Source: Cyanophora paradoxa CCMP329
Taxonomy: Eukaryota > Plantae > Glaucophyta
Length of the DNA: 64,000 nt
Direction of reading: 5' to 3'
NCBI GenBank assembly: GCA_004431415.1
Contig: QPMI01000542.1
Span: 1-64,000 of the forward strand
Position numbers and translations under genes: made by a program. A model generated the notes under the pieces. The model had not been told where the DNA came from, did not search any database, and saw only the letters and a program-made list of their open reading frames with translations. How positions within the stretch are numbered: position 1 is the stretch's first letter; each line of letters begins with the position of its first letter. Of this stretch, positions 31,848-43,646 are shown piece by piece.

Positions 31848-33020
31848 TGTCGCATAGAGATTGTATGAATGTACAGTGTGCGGACTACGGCACTCTGGCG
31901 CTTCCTACTAGGCTAGCTCTTGGCCTCCGATCCTGCGCATGCTGCCGCGGCTGAGCATGCACTGCGGCAGCGCTAGCCTAGTAGCGAGCGCTATAGCTGG
32001 ATCCGATCACAGTATACGTGTGATCATGATCGACTCGCAACTTGGCAAGTTGGCGATATATATCGATAAATATCATGATATCGTCCATGGCCAGCTCCGA
32101 ATTCAATCATTATTGAATTATCCGATCGGATACGTATATACGTATACGCATATATATATATATATATACTGTAGCTATAGTACGTATATACGTATATTGT
32201 GGTACGCGATCGCCGCTAGCTATACCACGCGTACGGGGGTCGGCGCCGGCGGACCCGTGACCGGGGAAGGGGGTGTAGCCTAGTAGCGCCAATATTTTTT
32301 TTAATCATTGAATGTCCGACGGTCGCGTGCGCGTTCAAACTTGAATTCGCGAGATTTGAATTCGCGAGAACTAGAAGCCTTGAAGCGCGAAGGCGGAGCG
32401 CAGGCGGAGCTGGGGGGAAGGGCCAGGCGGGGGTACGGTCTGAGATCATTCGCGATCGGTTTAAAGGTGCGCGCTCCCGCTCGCGCGCCGGCGCCGCGCG
32501 CGTGCCGTGGATCGACGTCCTGTGCCTCTCGTAGATTGATGGCACGTGGTGCATGCGCAAAGCGGGCGAGGGCGGGAGATCCAGAAGCGCCGCCTGCAGG
32601 TCAGCGCGCGCCGCGGCGTGGTCCTCAACTTGGCATGCGCAAGGCATTCGAATTCGCTGACTCGCGATCGCGTGTACGCTGGCATGGGCAGGAGCGTCAC
32701 CTTTGAACGCGGCCGCGGCCGCAGGTGCGCATGCGACTCCGCGTCGCAATCGTGCGCAGCTAGCTCTGTTAGAATTCGCGCCTATTATCGCGAAAATTGC
32801 GTGGCACCGGTACCGCGATCGTGTCGCGCAAAATCAAATTAAAATCGAATATGAACGAATATACGTGCTCAAGGACTCACTGATCGATATCGATATCGAT
32901 ATCTGATATCGATATCTGCCTGGAAGCTTAAGGTCGTAATCGTAATCTTTGCGCCGCTGCGCAGGATGTGGCTCCGCGGGCGCCGCCGGTGCTTCCGCGC
33001 TGTCGCCCGTGGCGGCGGCG

Positions 33021-34900
33021 ATGGCGGCCGGCGGCAGCCCGTTCGACGCGCTGCCCGACGAGCTCGTCACCCGCATCATCGGAGAGGCGTCGACGTCAGA
33101 GCTCGAGTGCGAACACATTGCAATTGAGACGGCCGTCGAATCGAACGCTCGCGAGCTCGAGATGTCTAGATCTTCGCGGCCGCGATCGGCCGAGGGGTCT
33201 CTTTCGCGCACGTTCCAGAATCTTGGCCAGCTAGGGCAGCTCAGCCGCATCTCGCGCCGCTTCCGCCGCCTCGCCCAGCAACCCAGCCTCTGGGAGCGCG
33301 TCCTCATCGATCAGCCCAGCGATAAGTCCGTCAGTTGGCTCCTCCAGCAGCCTGAGAAGCAGCGAGAAGCGTTGCGGTCGCTGTTTCTGCGGGGTGGCAC
33401 GCTGAGCGGCAGTGGCTTCAAGCAACTTTGCAAAGCGGTTGAGAGTCAGCTCACAGCTTTGTGCCTCGTTTTTGGGAACTCCTTTTCTCCCCACATGCTA
33501 GCAGGAGTTTCCAATTTCGGGAACCTTCAAACGGTGCGGACGTTGCAATCGATCCCCTTCAAACTCTCTTCGAATGTCGTCGGCATGCGCAGTTGAGCAT
33601 CGCCAGCGAGTCGGATGCTTGGCTCAAGCGTAATATTAGCACAGATACGATCGCGAATACCGTGAAGATCACGGGTCCGCTCGTCCAGAACGCACTGAGA
33701 AACACAATGTGGCTGCCGCTGGAGAATTTGGTCATGAAAAAGCGCGTCATTTAATTTATGGCTACATTAATTGTGCTGCTCATTATTTATATTCAATTAA
33801 ATTCGTTAACGTTTGGTCTTGATCAGATTCCCAATTCTGCCGGAGACGCTTCCAGCCCATGCGCCGATAGCTTCAACTCTCCGAGATCTACGTATCTCGT
33901 TCGCCTTGGAGACGGACAGCTCCCCCGGACCGGCTCTCGCAGCGGTGGCGGCCTTCAAACAGCTCGAATACCTGTCAATTGAAGTGTACAACAGTCAAGG
34001 ACAAGTAGTGTTTCCGATCGCCTCTCAAGCCAATTCACAGCCACTCGCTGGCCTTCAACAGTTGCGAGGTTAGCAACCGCCGTATATATATCCGATTCAA
34101 CATTAAATTCAATTTTTATTTTGTGTATATTCACTTTATAATTAATTTCCGGATCAGCGTATCAGGTTCATCTCCGACATGAGGACATCGGCTTCCTGAG
34201 CGGCATGCCGCAGCTGGAGTCCGTGGTCTTGTTCATGGGGAAAACGGACGTCGACTGCTCTCCGCTTCTGTCGGCACCGGTCGCAGAGAGCTTGCGGTCA
34301 TTGCGTCTGATCCAGTACTCAAATGTCAGCGATTCTGCCGTGGCTTCGTTCACGTCGGTCGTCCTGCGGCTCTCCAAGCTCGAGGTCTCCGGGATCCACG
34401 CTAGCGCTCCTCGTGCATTTATATTGCATCTTGAACTTTTCTCTGAGTATGCGTGGCGCAGAGGTTGGAGCTGGAACTTCCGACCAAGACCTACGTGATG
34501 CTGGCAACACAGTCGCTTAAGCAGTGGTCGAGCTTGAAGGACTTGTCCGTCCGCTGCCGTCCCGGCAACACACAAGTTCCTGGCGCTTTTCTTAAGGTTT
34601 GCAATTGCATTTTGAAGTTCAATATATATATATAATTATATAAGCTTTAATTTATAAGCACATGATCACGTTGTACGACAGCAAGTCGGGTCGGACATCC
34701 CCAGCCTCCCGAAGCTCATCGTCAGATCACCGCTCCCCTTCCCCAACGCCATCGGGTCCATCACTTGGCTTAGAAGAGATCGAGGCGAGCTCGCGCTCGA
34801 GCTCGTCCTCAAGGAGGACGCGGCGCGGGCGCTCGACGCGCCCTCGCGGGAGGCCCTCGAGCTGCTGCTCCTCCACGTGAAGGTCTCCTACGTCCCCTAA
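33021..34900 (+). CDS. F-box / LRR-like protein (multi-exon)
   Basis: FDALPDELVTRII ... LSRISRRFRRLAQQPSLWERV is an F-box with an insert. LxxLxL segments follow (LRSLFL, LRDLRI, LEYLSI, LRSLRL, LKDLSV). Introns are AT-rich. Confidence 0.8.
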
Positions 34901-35984
34901 TCTCCTGCCTGAATTTTCTTTCCTGCGCATGCGCGCCTTGCGCATGAAAAAATGGGTTCTTTCAGTTTCAGTGTCAAAGCAGCTTCGAAATCGCGATTGC
35001 AATCATTGAATTGCACAAGAACATGTACATGTCGCTTTCTAATTCGAGGCTCTAATTTGTATATAAATTTTCGAGCTCGCAGCGTGGGATGCCGGCCGCG
35101 GGGTGGATCCGGAGAGGGGCTCGAAAGCGGGTCCTAGGGAGCGCTAAGCATGAAGGCGGTGGAGAGCGGGCGGCGCGGAGCGGAGAAGGAGAGAGGGGGA
35201 GAGGCGGCGGCGGTGGATGGGGAGGGCTGGCTGGGCCGGGCCCACGGGGGCGGCGGAACGGCAGCTGCGCATGCGGGGGGGGTACCGGTGCCATTTGCGA
35301 GCGTCTCGGGGGCCGGCGGGGGCGAAGGGGCGGACACGGAAAGGAGCGGGGGAAGCAAAGGCGGCACCGGCGGAGGAGCGGCGGGGGGTACGGCGGGCTC
35401 CGGTGCGGGGGCCGGAGGGGCGGGGGAGGCAGGGGGCTGCTCCGGCGGGGCGGTCGCGGAGGACGGTGGGGCGGGGCCGGGGCCTGGGGTGCGAGGGGCG
35501 CCGGGCGCGCCGGGGGTAGAGGAGGGCGAGCCAGGGCGGGATCCCGGGCGCGGGTGAGCGGGGCCGTCCGGGCCTCCTCCTGGGGTGCACGTGGTAGGGG
35601 TAGGTAGGGGTAGGGGAGGGGACCTGGAGGGCCCGCGGTAGCTGCAGCGAAAGCGTCTTCTCCTTCCCCAGCTGCGGGGGGTGGGGTGGGGGGGGGGGGG
35701 GGGGGGGGAAGTCAGGGGTCGGAAGGGGGGGGGTCTTTGGCGTCGAATGTCTGCTGCGCATGCGCCACAGTGTCGTTCACGCTGCGCAAGGGGGGCGGGG
35801 GTGAGGGGCGTAAGGATGGGTAAGCGAGGTAGGGGCGGGCGAGATGGGGACGATGCTGAACAGCGGCGCTCGCGGCGCTCGCGGCAGCGCAGCGCGACTC
35901 GACGGTTCGACTGCGCCGCGAGACAGGCGCGCCGAAAGAGAAAGGCACCGCGCGCCTGGCCAGGGACAACGACTCGGCGACAGC

Positions 35985-36683
35985 GGGCCAGAAGGGCGGC
36001 GGGGAGCCGCGGTCGGCGGGCGAGGGCGGCTCGGGCGGGGGCGAGCGGGCGCGGCGCGCCAGCTCCTCCTCGATCTCCTCCTGCTCCTCCAGGGCGCTCA
36101 CCTCCCGCTCCTGCCCCCGGCCCGTCGGCGAGGGGCGGCGCCGGCTAAGGCGCGGGGCGGGGCGCACGAGGCCGAGGAAGACGCGGAACTTGCTCGTCGT
36201 GACGTGCGGGTACCCGTGCGCCCGCCGCACGCGGTCCACTGCGTCCAGCGGCTCCGGCGCCGGCCACCCGCCCCGCTCCCCCGGCAGCGGCGAGGCGGCG
36301 GCGGACGGGCGACGCCCGGGGCGCCGCGGCGGTGACGCGTGCTTGCCCCGCGCGGGCTCCGGCGCCGCCTTCGCAGCGTACGCCTTCGTGAAGCGCGGCG
36401 GGGCCTGGTGCGGGAAGTACGCCCGCCACTGCGCCGCGTCAGCTCTCCGTGGGCTCGGAGGGCGAGGCCGGGGCAGGCTCGGAGGAACACACCTGCTCCT
36501 CGAGTTCCTTGACGAAGGCCTGCGGGAGGCGATGGGCGAGTCAGCGGCAGCGGCGGAGAGCCAGGTCTGAGGCCAGGGGAGCCCGGCGCACGGGCGGGGC
36601 GGCCCGCAGGAGCTCGATGACGCGCGGGAAGCTCCCGGCGACGTCATCGTCCAGCGCCGACTGCATCGCTAAGCGTCGGTGAC
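35985..36683 (-). pseudogene. Second copy of the 5' end of gene X, joined to unrelated downstream sequence
   Basis: ATG at 36666. Near-identical to ~27545-28250 (WRAYFPHQAPPRFTKAYAAK..SPPPFWP), then diverges. Confidence 0.8.
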
Positions 36684-36752
36684 ACCGGGTGACCAGGGTG
36701 ACCTCGCCTAGGGGGTACAGTGTACAAACGCGTACAAGCGTACTATACGAGC

Positions 36753-38710
36753 ATGGTTAACGCTGACGGAACGGCGCGCGCTGCCTCGCTCGACGAGCTA
36801 CCAGACGGGATCCTTGCTCTCATCCTGGGGCAGCTAGCTCTTCATGAGGCCTCCAGCGTTCGCGGCGTCAGCCGGTCGTTGCGCCGGCTGGTCGAGGCCC
36901 GCGACTGGAGTCATTTGGACGTCGCCGCGTCGAATCACGAGCGCTTGGACCAGCTCGCAGCGCTCCTGGTTGGCGGTGGAGGCGAGGACTCGAGCGCAGT
37001 GGGCCCGGGCGGCCGCTGGGTCCGCGTCGCGCCCGGCGCGTCGCTCCGCGTCGTGGTGAAGAAAGTAGCCCAGCGACCGGAGCCAGCAGCTGGGAGACCC
37101 GCCGAGAGCCAGCGGAGCACTTGGGAAGCAGCGCTCTCGCTCATATCCGCCTCCAACGCGGCGAGCGGAGGCCTCAGCAGCGTGGAGGTGGAGAGCGAGC
37201 TGGGCTGCCCGTCTCAAGCGGGCAGCTGCACCTGCGACGTCCTGTCCGCCCTCGCCCCGCCCGGCGGCGCGGCTGCGCCGCAGCTCCGCAGCTTTATCTT
37301 CCGCAAGGATTCCGGCCTGTGCGGCGGCCGGCCGGGCGACCTCGACATATCACCGCTCCTTCGTCCATTCCCCAGCCTGTCAACTCTCGCGCTTCCCACC
37401 TGCTGGAGCGTCGGGACCGGCGCTGCAAACGACATCCTCGACTGCCTCCCGCGTCTGAAGCGGGTCCGCCCGCCCTCCTCGCTCCGCCTCGCCCCGCGAC
37501 AGACCCTGCCCGCAGCTGGAGATCTCAGCGCCTTCGTGCATGGATTTCAGCCCCATCGGAAAGCTCTCCTCCCTGGAGACACTCGAGGTGCGGTCTCTTC
37601 CACTCAAGTCGGCTATCCGATCCGCTTCGCGAGCGAGCGAGCGACGCGTACGCCTCCTCAGATCCGTGCCGACAAAGCATCGCGGGACGATGCGTTCTAC
37701 TATAGCCTGCGCTCCGCCCTTCCGACCCTCGCGGCCAGCGCCGCCGCGCGCTCCCTCCGCACGTGCGTGCGGCCCCTTCCCCGGCCGGCCCTCTGATTTG
37801 ATCTTCTCTCTATCTTGGAGCTCGGCTCGCGCAGGCTGCGCTGTGGAACGACCACCCGCTGCAAGTTCGGCGAGGAGTCCCTCGCCGCCCTGCCCCGCTT
37901 CGCCTCGCTGGAGCACTTCGGGGGCCCCCTCGAGGTTTGCCGTACCCCCCCCCCCCCCCCCCCCCCCTCCCACACAGCGGAACCGAACCCGCCTCGCCGC
38001 GGCAGATAAGCAGCTCCATCGGCGCGCGGGACGTAGCCGACGCGCTGGCCTCCTGCCCCGCCCTCCGGAGCTTCGGGCCGGTGTGGCTGTACCCCAGTAC
38101 GCTCAACTTCCTCGCGGGCTTCGCATCGGCCCTCGAGCGATCCCCTCTCCTCGCACTCGACATCGCCATCCGTGCGCGCCCGGCCCCGATCGCTCTCGCG
38201 TGTACCCCCGGCCCTGACGCCGTGTACCCCCCCCCACCTGCAGTTGAGCCGATCCCCGACCACGCGGCCGCGCTCCCGTCGCTGGCGGCGCTGGCCCTTG
38301 CCGCCCGCGGGGGCCGCCTCGACCTCTGCCTGTGGCTCGACCTCCCGCTCGGCCGCCTCGCTGAGACCGCCGCCGCCCTTGCCGCCGCCCCGCCCCGCAG
38401 GCTCGTCCTCTACATCGTCCCGGACCACGGCGGGGAAGCCCCCGGGTACCGCATCGCGGCCTGCCTTTCGCCCTTCGCGTCCTGCGCCCTCCAGCATCTC
38501 GAGGCGCGCCGAAGCTTAAGCCTACCCCCCCGTTTAATTTCGTGTACCCGGCTCAGCTTCGCTTCGTTCGCAGGTCCGGCTGGCGCCCAACCATTTCATG
38601 TCGCTCACCGAAGCCGTGCTGGAGGCAGCGGCGGGGGCCCTGCCCTCGGCCCGCATTGTGTACGCTTCTCGAACCACTACGGATACCCCTCCTATTCTTT
38701 CTTTGCATGA
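36753..38710 (+). CDS. F-box / LRR-like protein (multi-exon); 3' end approximate
   Basis: SLDELPDGILALILGQL..VRGVSRSLRRLV is an F-box, followed by LRSFIF, FPSLSTLAL, LPRLKR, LSSLETLEV, CPALRSF and LQHLE segments. Confidence 0.78.
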
Positions 38711-39144
38711 AATTTAAGATCAGGCGGTTCGAATTTAGTGCTTTAAACCTTCCTTGGACTGGCAAGGCTACGCGGGGAACCTCTCAGAGTCTAAATTGCA
38801 CTTGCATGCGGTCCCTTTAATTTTAATTAATTATAAGTCTGAGCGATGCGCATGCGGGCCGAGGCGGGGGCTGCTCTAGGGTGGGGGAGGGGCCGTGGGG
38901 CGGAGGGGCGGGATCGGACCCGGACTGGCGGGCCTGTTCCGAAGTTCGCCGTGTGCTTCTCATGATCAACGTTAACTGGCAAAGCCTCCTCTTCGAATTC
39001 GGTCTTGACCTACATATACTGCGCGGGGGCGCTCGCGATCGCGATCGAGCTCGCGGCAGCGCACGCGAGCGAGCGACCGCAGCCGGAGCTCGAGGGGGAG
39101 CGGATCGGAGCGCGCGCGCCGCAGCGTCCACACGTACAGCGCCG

Positions 39145-39560
39145 GCCGCGTCGGTGACGCGCGCGTACGCGTACGCGTTCTTGCCCCGCGCGGGCTCCGC
39201 GATCCGGCGCCGCCTTCGCTGCGTACGCCTTCGTGACTCAGTGAAGCGCGGCCGGGCCTGGTGCGGGAAGTACGCCCGCCACTGCGCCGTACGCGTCTCA
39301 GCTGCAGCGCTAGCTAAAGCGCGCGCTAGCGCTAGCGCTCGGTGCACGTGGGCTCATTGGGTCGGGGCTGGCTCGAGCTCGGAGGAGCACACCGAAGGCC
39401 TGCGGGCGTCAAGGGGCCGGGCGAGTTAGCGGTAGCGGCGGGGAGCGAGCTCGAGGCGGGAGGCGAGCCCGGCGCACGGGCGGGGCGGCCCGCAGGAGCT
39501 CGATGACGCGCGTGAATCTCTCGGCGACGTGATCGTCCAGCGCAGACTGCATCGCTGAGC
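39145..39560 (-). pseudogene. Third, decayed copy of the 5' end of gene X with many palindromic micro-insertions
   Basis: ATG at 39552. Aligns with 36325-36670 apart from short insertions and a deletion. Confidence 0.85.
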
Positions 39561-39689
39561 TAATCCAAGGCAGCCCAGCGAGCACTCACTCCCCCCCCTC
39601 TTGACATCGTACCCGGTGACCGTTGACTGAAGGGAACGGCTTTTGAGCGCTTCTAGAGCAGCTTCGGCCGCTCTTGGGCGCGCTTCACG

Positions 39690-42600
39690 ATGTTCTCGAT
39701 GTTTAACTCTGGAACTACAGATGGCCGCTCGAACTCGGCGTCGCGCATCCGGCCTTCCGAGTTCGCCCGCATGTCCCAGGCTGCGGGTCTCCGGCCGCCT
39801 CCCAGCGGTGGCCAGCGGCCTAGCGAATTCGGAGGGAGCGCCGGCAACTATTCAACGTTCCAGTCCAACAGCTACGGAGGTTACCAGCGTTCCGGAGCCG
39901 GGGAAGCGCCTCCTCCTCGTCCGAAGCCTCCTCCGCAGGCTATCCGGCCGCCTGGCCCGCCCCCTCCGCCTCCGCGAGTCGCGGTACGTTGGGGCCCGAC
40001 TCGGGCATCAGCGTTACCGTCCTGGCTGAGTACGTACTGCCGCAGCCGGGAAGAATTCGTCCGGGCCAGTCCAACATGCCCCCGCCGCCGCCTGGTTACC
40101 GACAGGCGCCTGCACCGGTTCCACTCGCCCGCGAGACCCCTCAGGCGCCCCCGCCTCCGCCCGCGAGACCCGTCCCCGTGAGCACTGCGGCTCCGATTGC
40201 TGGTTTCGTTCGCTGAGCCCTGCGTCCGCCCCAGGCGCCTGGTGTCCGCCCCACTCAGAACCTGCTGTACGACCCGTCCAAGCGCCGCCGCGCTGTTCAC
40301 GTCGCCATTAGCTACAAGCACGATGAGGACAACTTCCTTCCGGGCTGCTGGAACGATGCGAAGAGCATGGTGGACCTCGGCATGAAGCAGTACGGGTGCG
40401 GCGCCCCTGCTCGCTCCGCCCGCCAGAGGGCCTGACGCGGCCTTCGCCGCAGCTTCAAGTCGAAGGATATCAAGATGCTGACGGATGAGGACTTCAACAA
40501 GAACTTCCCCTCGTTCCCCACGCACAAGTCCGACATCGCGCTCGCCCTCTGCGCCCGCCCCGCCGCAAACTGATCGGCGCGAACGCAGGAACGTCGTTAA
40601 CGCTCTCAAGTGGTGCGTCTCTGTTCACTTCCTTTTCGCCGCGCGACCGACGCGCCGCGGCGCCGCCTGGTCGCTTCCCGGCACGGGATCAAATCCTGAC
40701 TTCTCGAATCGCAGGCTCATCGAGGGCGCGAGGCCCGGCGACATCCTGCTCTTCACCTTCTCCGGCCACGGTGGCCAGATCAAGGACCTGGACGGTGACG
40801 AGATCGTGCGACCTTGTCTCTCTTTCCTGAAGAGGCCGTTGGTCTCTTTCTCTTTCTTTTGCCGACGCCGTCGCGCCCGCCCGCCCGCCCGCCGCGCACA
40901 GGACGGCAAGGACGAGACGCTGATCCCCGTCGGTGCGACCCGTCCCGCCTCCCGCCTCCCGCATCGCGCCTTCCGCGACCCTCCCGCCCACCGCCCGCCC
41001 GCCGCTCAGACTACGAGACCGCCGGCGAGATCACCGACGACGAGCTCGCCGCGCTATTCGCCAAGCTGCCCCGCGGCGTTCGCCTCATCTGCTTCCTCGT
41101 GCGCGCTCCTTGAGGCTTCCTCACGCGCCGCTCTGAAGCCGAGGGCCGAATCCGACGCCGCCGCTCGCAGGACTGCTGCCACTCGGGCACGGGCCTTGAT
41201 CTCCCCTACCACCACAACGTGCGCCCCGCCCCGCCCCGCCCCGCCCCGCTGCACTGCGCTCCGCTATGCTCCATGTGTGACGCGCGGCGCGCGCGCGCAG
41301 ATCCTCCCCGCGCCCAAGGCCGGCCAGCAGCTCCGCAACTACCTCCCGGCCTCGCGCAACTGTGCGCCTTTCTCTTCTTCTTCTTCCTTCCTTTCTTTCT
41401 TTCCGCTCGTTCCGACGCCGCGGCCCGCAGACAAGGCGCTCCCGGCGCCGAGCTACGCGCCGCCGCCGATGGCGAAGACCTCGATGGACCCCGAGACCCC
41501 GAAGAAGAAGCACCACGAGCCGGTCTTCGCGTGCCTGCCGCCCAACTCGGTCCTCGGGCAGTTCCTGGACGCTATCTTCGGGCCCATCGTCCACCCGGAG
41601 TCCTACCAGGACCAGTACGGCAACCACTCGCAGCAGCTGCAGCAGGCGCGCGCCTACGGCGTCGGCGGGCCGATGGACGCCGGCCACGTCGGCGGGCGCC
41701 CCGTCGTGCAGGAGATGCGCCCCATCGTCGTCCAGACGAACCTGCGCGAGAACACCGGCATCCTCAACTTCGGCAAGGCGGAGTGCTGGAAGAAGGCGGC
41801 TCCCCGCTCCGCCTCGGGCGGCGGCGGCGGCGGCTTCCGCCGCAAGCCCAACGCGGTCATGGCGACGGGCATGCGCTTCGGCCCGCCGGCGGGGTACGGC
41901 GAGCTCTCGCCGCACCCGTACGCGGCGGAGCCCTACTCGAGCGTGGCGACCTTCGGCCACCAGCAGTACGGCTCCTTCCGCCCGGGCTCGGCCCCCGGCG
42001 CCGGCGTCGGCGCCGACACCTACGGGAGCCCGCCGCGGGCCTCGTACGCGCCGGAGCCCATCAACCAGTCCGGCGTCTTCGGGTACGGCGGCGGCAGCCC
42101 GCAGGGGGGGTACGGCAACGACTCGCGGCACGGGTACGGCGGCGGCAACGACTCGCGGCACGGGTACGGGGCGCGGGACCTCTACGCGACGAATGGGAGC
42201 GCGGCGGGCGCGCCCTACGGCGCGACCTACGCCAGCGTCGTCAGCGCGAGCCCCTACGCCGGCGCGCCGTCCGCTCGGGACCTCTACGGCCTCCGCGGCG
42301 TGGCGGACGCGTACGACACGGGCTTCCCGCAGCCGCAGTTCGGTGGCGGCCCGGGCCCGATGGTGGGGCAGACGACGCCGGGCCGCGGGCCCGCGCACCG
42401 CGCCACGCGCGACGCGTTCGGCGCGGACCGCACGCCGGGCCGGCCGGCGGCGGCGGCGCCCAAGCCGCGGCGGGACCCGGTGCGCTTCGACGCGGAGGTT
42501 ATCATGATCTCGGGCTGCAAGGACGAGCAGTGCTCGGCCGACACCTTCGAGGAGGGCCGCAACACGGGCGCCATGACATTCGCCCTCCACAAGGTCAGAT

Positions 42601-43016
42601 CTGATCTGATCCGGTCCGGGGTACAGTAACCGGGACCGGCGCTGACTTCGTTCGCAGATCCTGGCGCAGTTCGGCGAGCGCGGGGAGGCGCCGACCTGGG
42701 CGCAGCTCATCGCCGAGATGACCGCGTGGCTCCAGGTGCGCTCGCGGCTGCCGGGCGAGCAGCGCGGGCGGGTGGCGGGCGGGGAAAGGGGATGGAGGAT
42801 AGATAGAGAGAGAGGCTGACTAGGTCGCTATCTAGGGGAGCGCTTAAGAGAAAAACATTTCCAGAGCAGCTCACTTGGCTTATCTTAGCTTAGCCTTTTC
42901 CAGAACAGCTTCCTTAGCTTACTTTCGCGCGCGCGCAGGACAACGACTACGAGCAGCTGCCGCAGCTCTCGACCTCCTTCCCGATGGACCCCACCACGGA
43001 AGCCTTCCTCCTGTGA
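39690..43016 (+). CDS. Metacaspase (peptidase C14B) with Pro-rich prodomain and very long p20-p10 linker (multi-exon)
   Basis: RRAVHVAISY..LPGCWNDA; ARPGDILLFTFSGHG (catalytic His); DGKDETLIPV|DYETAGEITDDEL; DCCHSGTGLDLPY (catalytic Cys); VIMISGCKDEQCSAD..GAMTFAL; YEQLPQLSTSFPMD..FLL* at 43016. Confidence 0.92.
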
Positions 43017-43646
43017 GGAGGCGCCGGGGGCCGGGCGGGCGCGCGAGGCTGGATCCGGAGTGCGCGCGCGCGTGTCTAGACCGAATGAATAATGGGAACC
43101 GTATACACCTAGACCTACTGGACTGGATTGCTTTGGGCGAGGCGCCGGGGGGCGGCCGGAAGCGTGGGGCGACGACGTCGACGAGATGAATGTGATCATG
43201 ATAGCTTTGAGGCCCGGCCCGGCCCGGCCCGGCGACCACGCGCGAGTGATCGGCGGCACGGTCGCGTTCACTGTTACTAGTATTAGCTAGTGCTACTACT
43301 GATTCTCAGATCTAGAGTCCACTACAAGCCTATTAGCACTGTTTCATCCAATACTATGCATATGATAGAATTCGAACAACGTCGACGGCTGCACTCAATA
43401 CCACCATGCGAATTCGAAGTTACAACACACATGCGAATTCAAAGCGTGGCGCGACAATCTAATACTAGCACTAGCCTGGTATGGAAGGATGCAACGTCTC
43501 TATTCTTCTCGATGTCCTGAAGAGAAGGGAAGCTCTACAATCTTTCGAAAAACTCGAATCGCAGCGTAGGGGCAGCGGAAACCACGCTGGGAGCGGTGCC
43601 CGAGGCAGGGGCCGGGGCCGGGGCCGGGGCCGGGGCCGAGGTCCGC

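Noticed and set aside
32216-32749. Independent minus-strand gene
   Set aside because: Only a short protein-like stretch (VEDHAAARADLQAALLDL) lies amid palindrome-riddled sequence. At most it is a decayed fragment.
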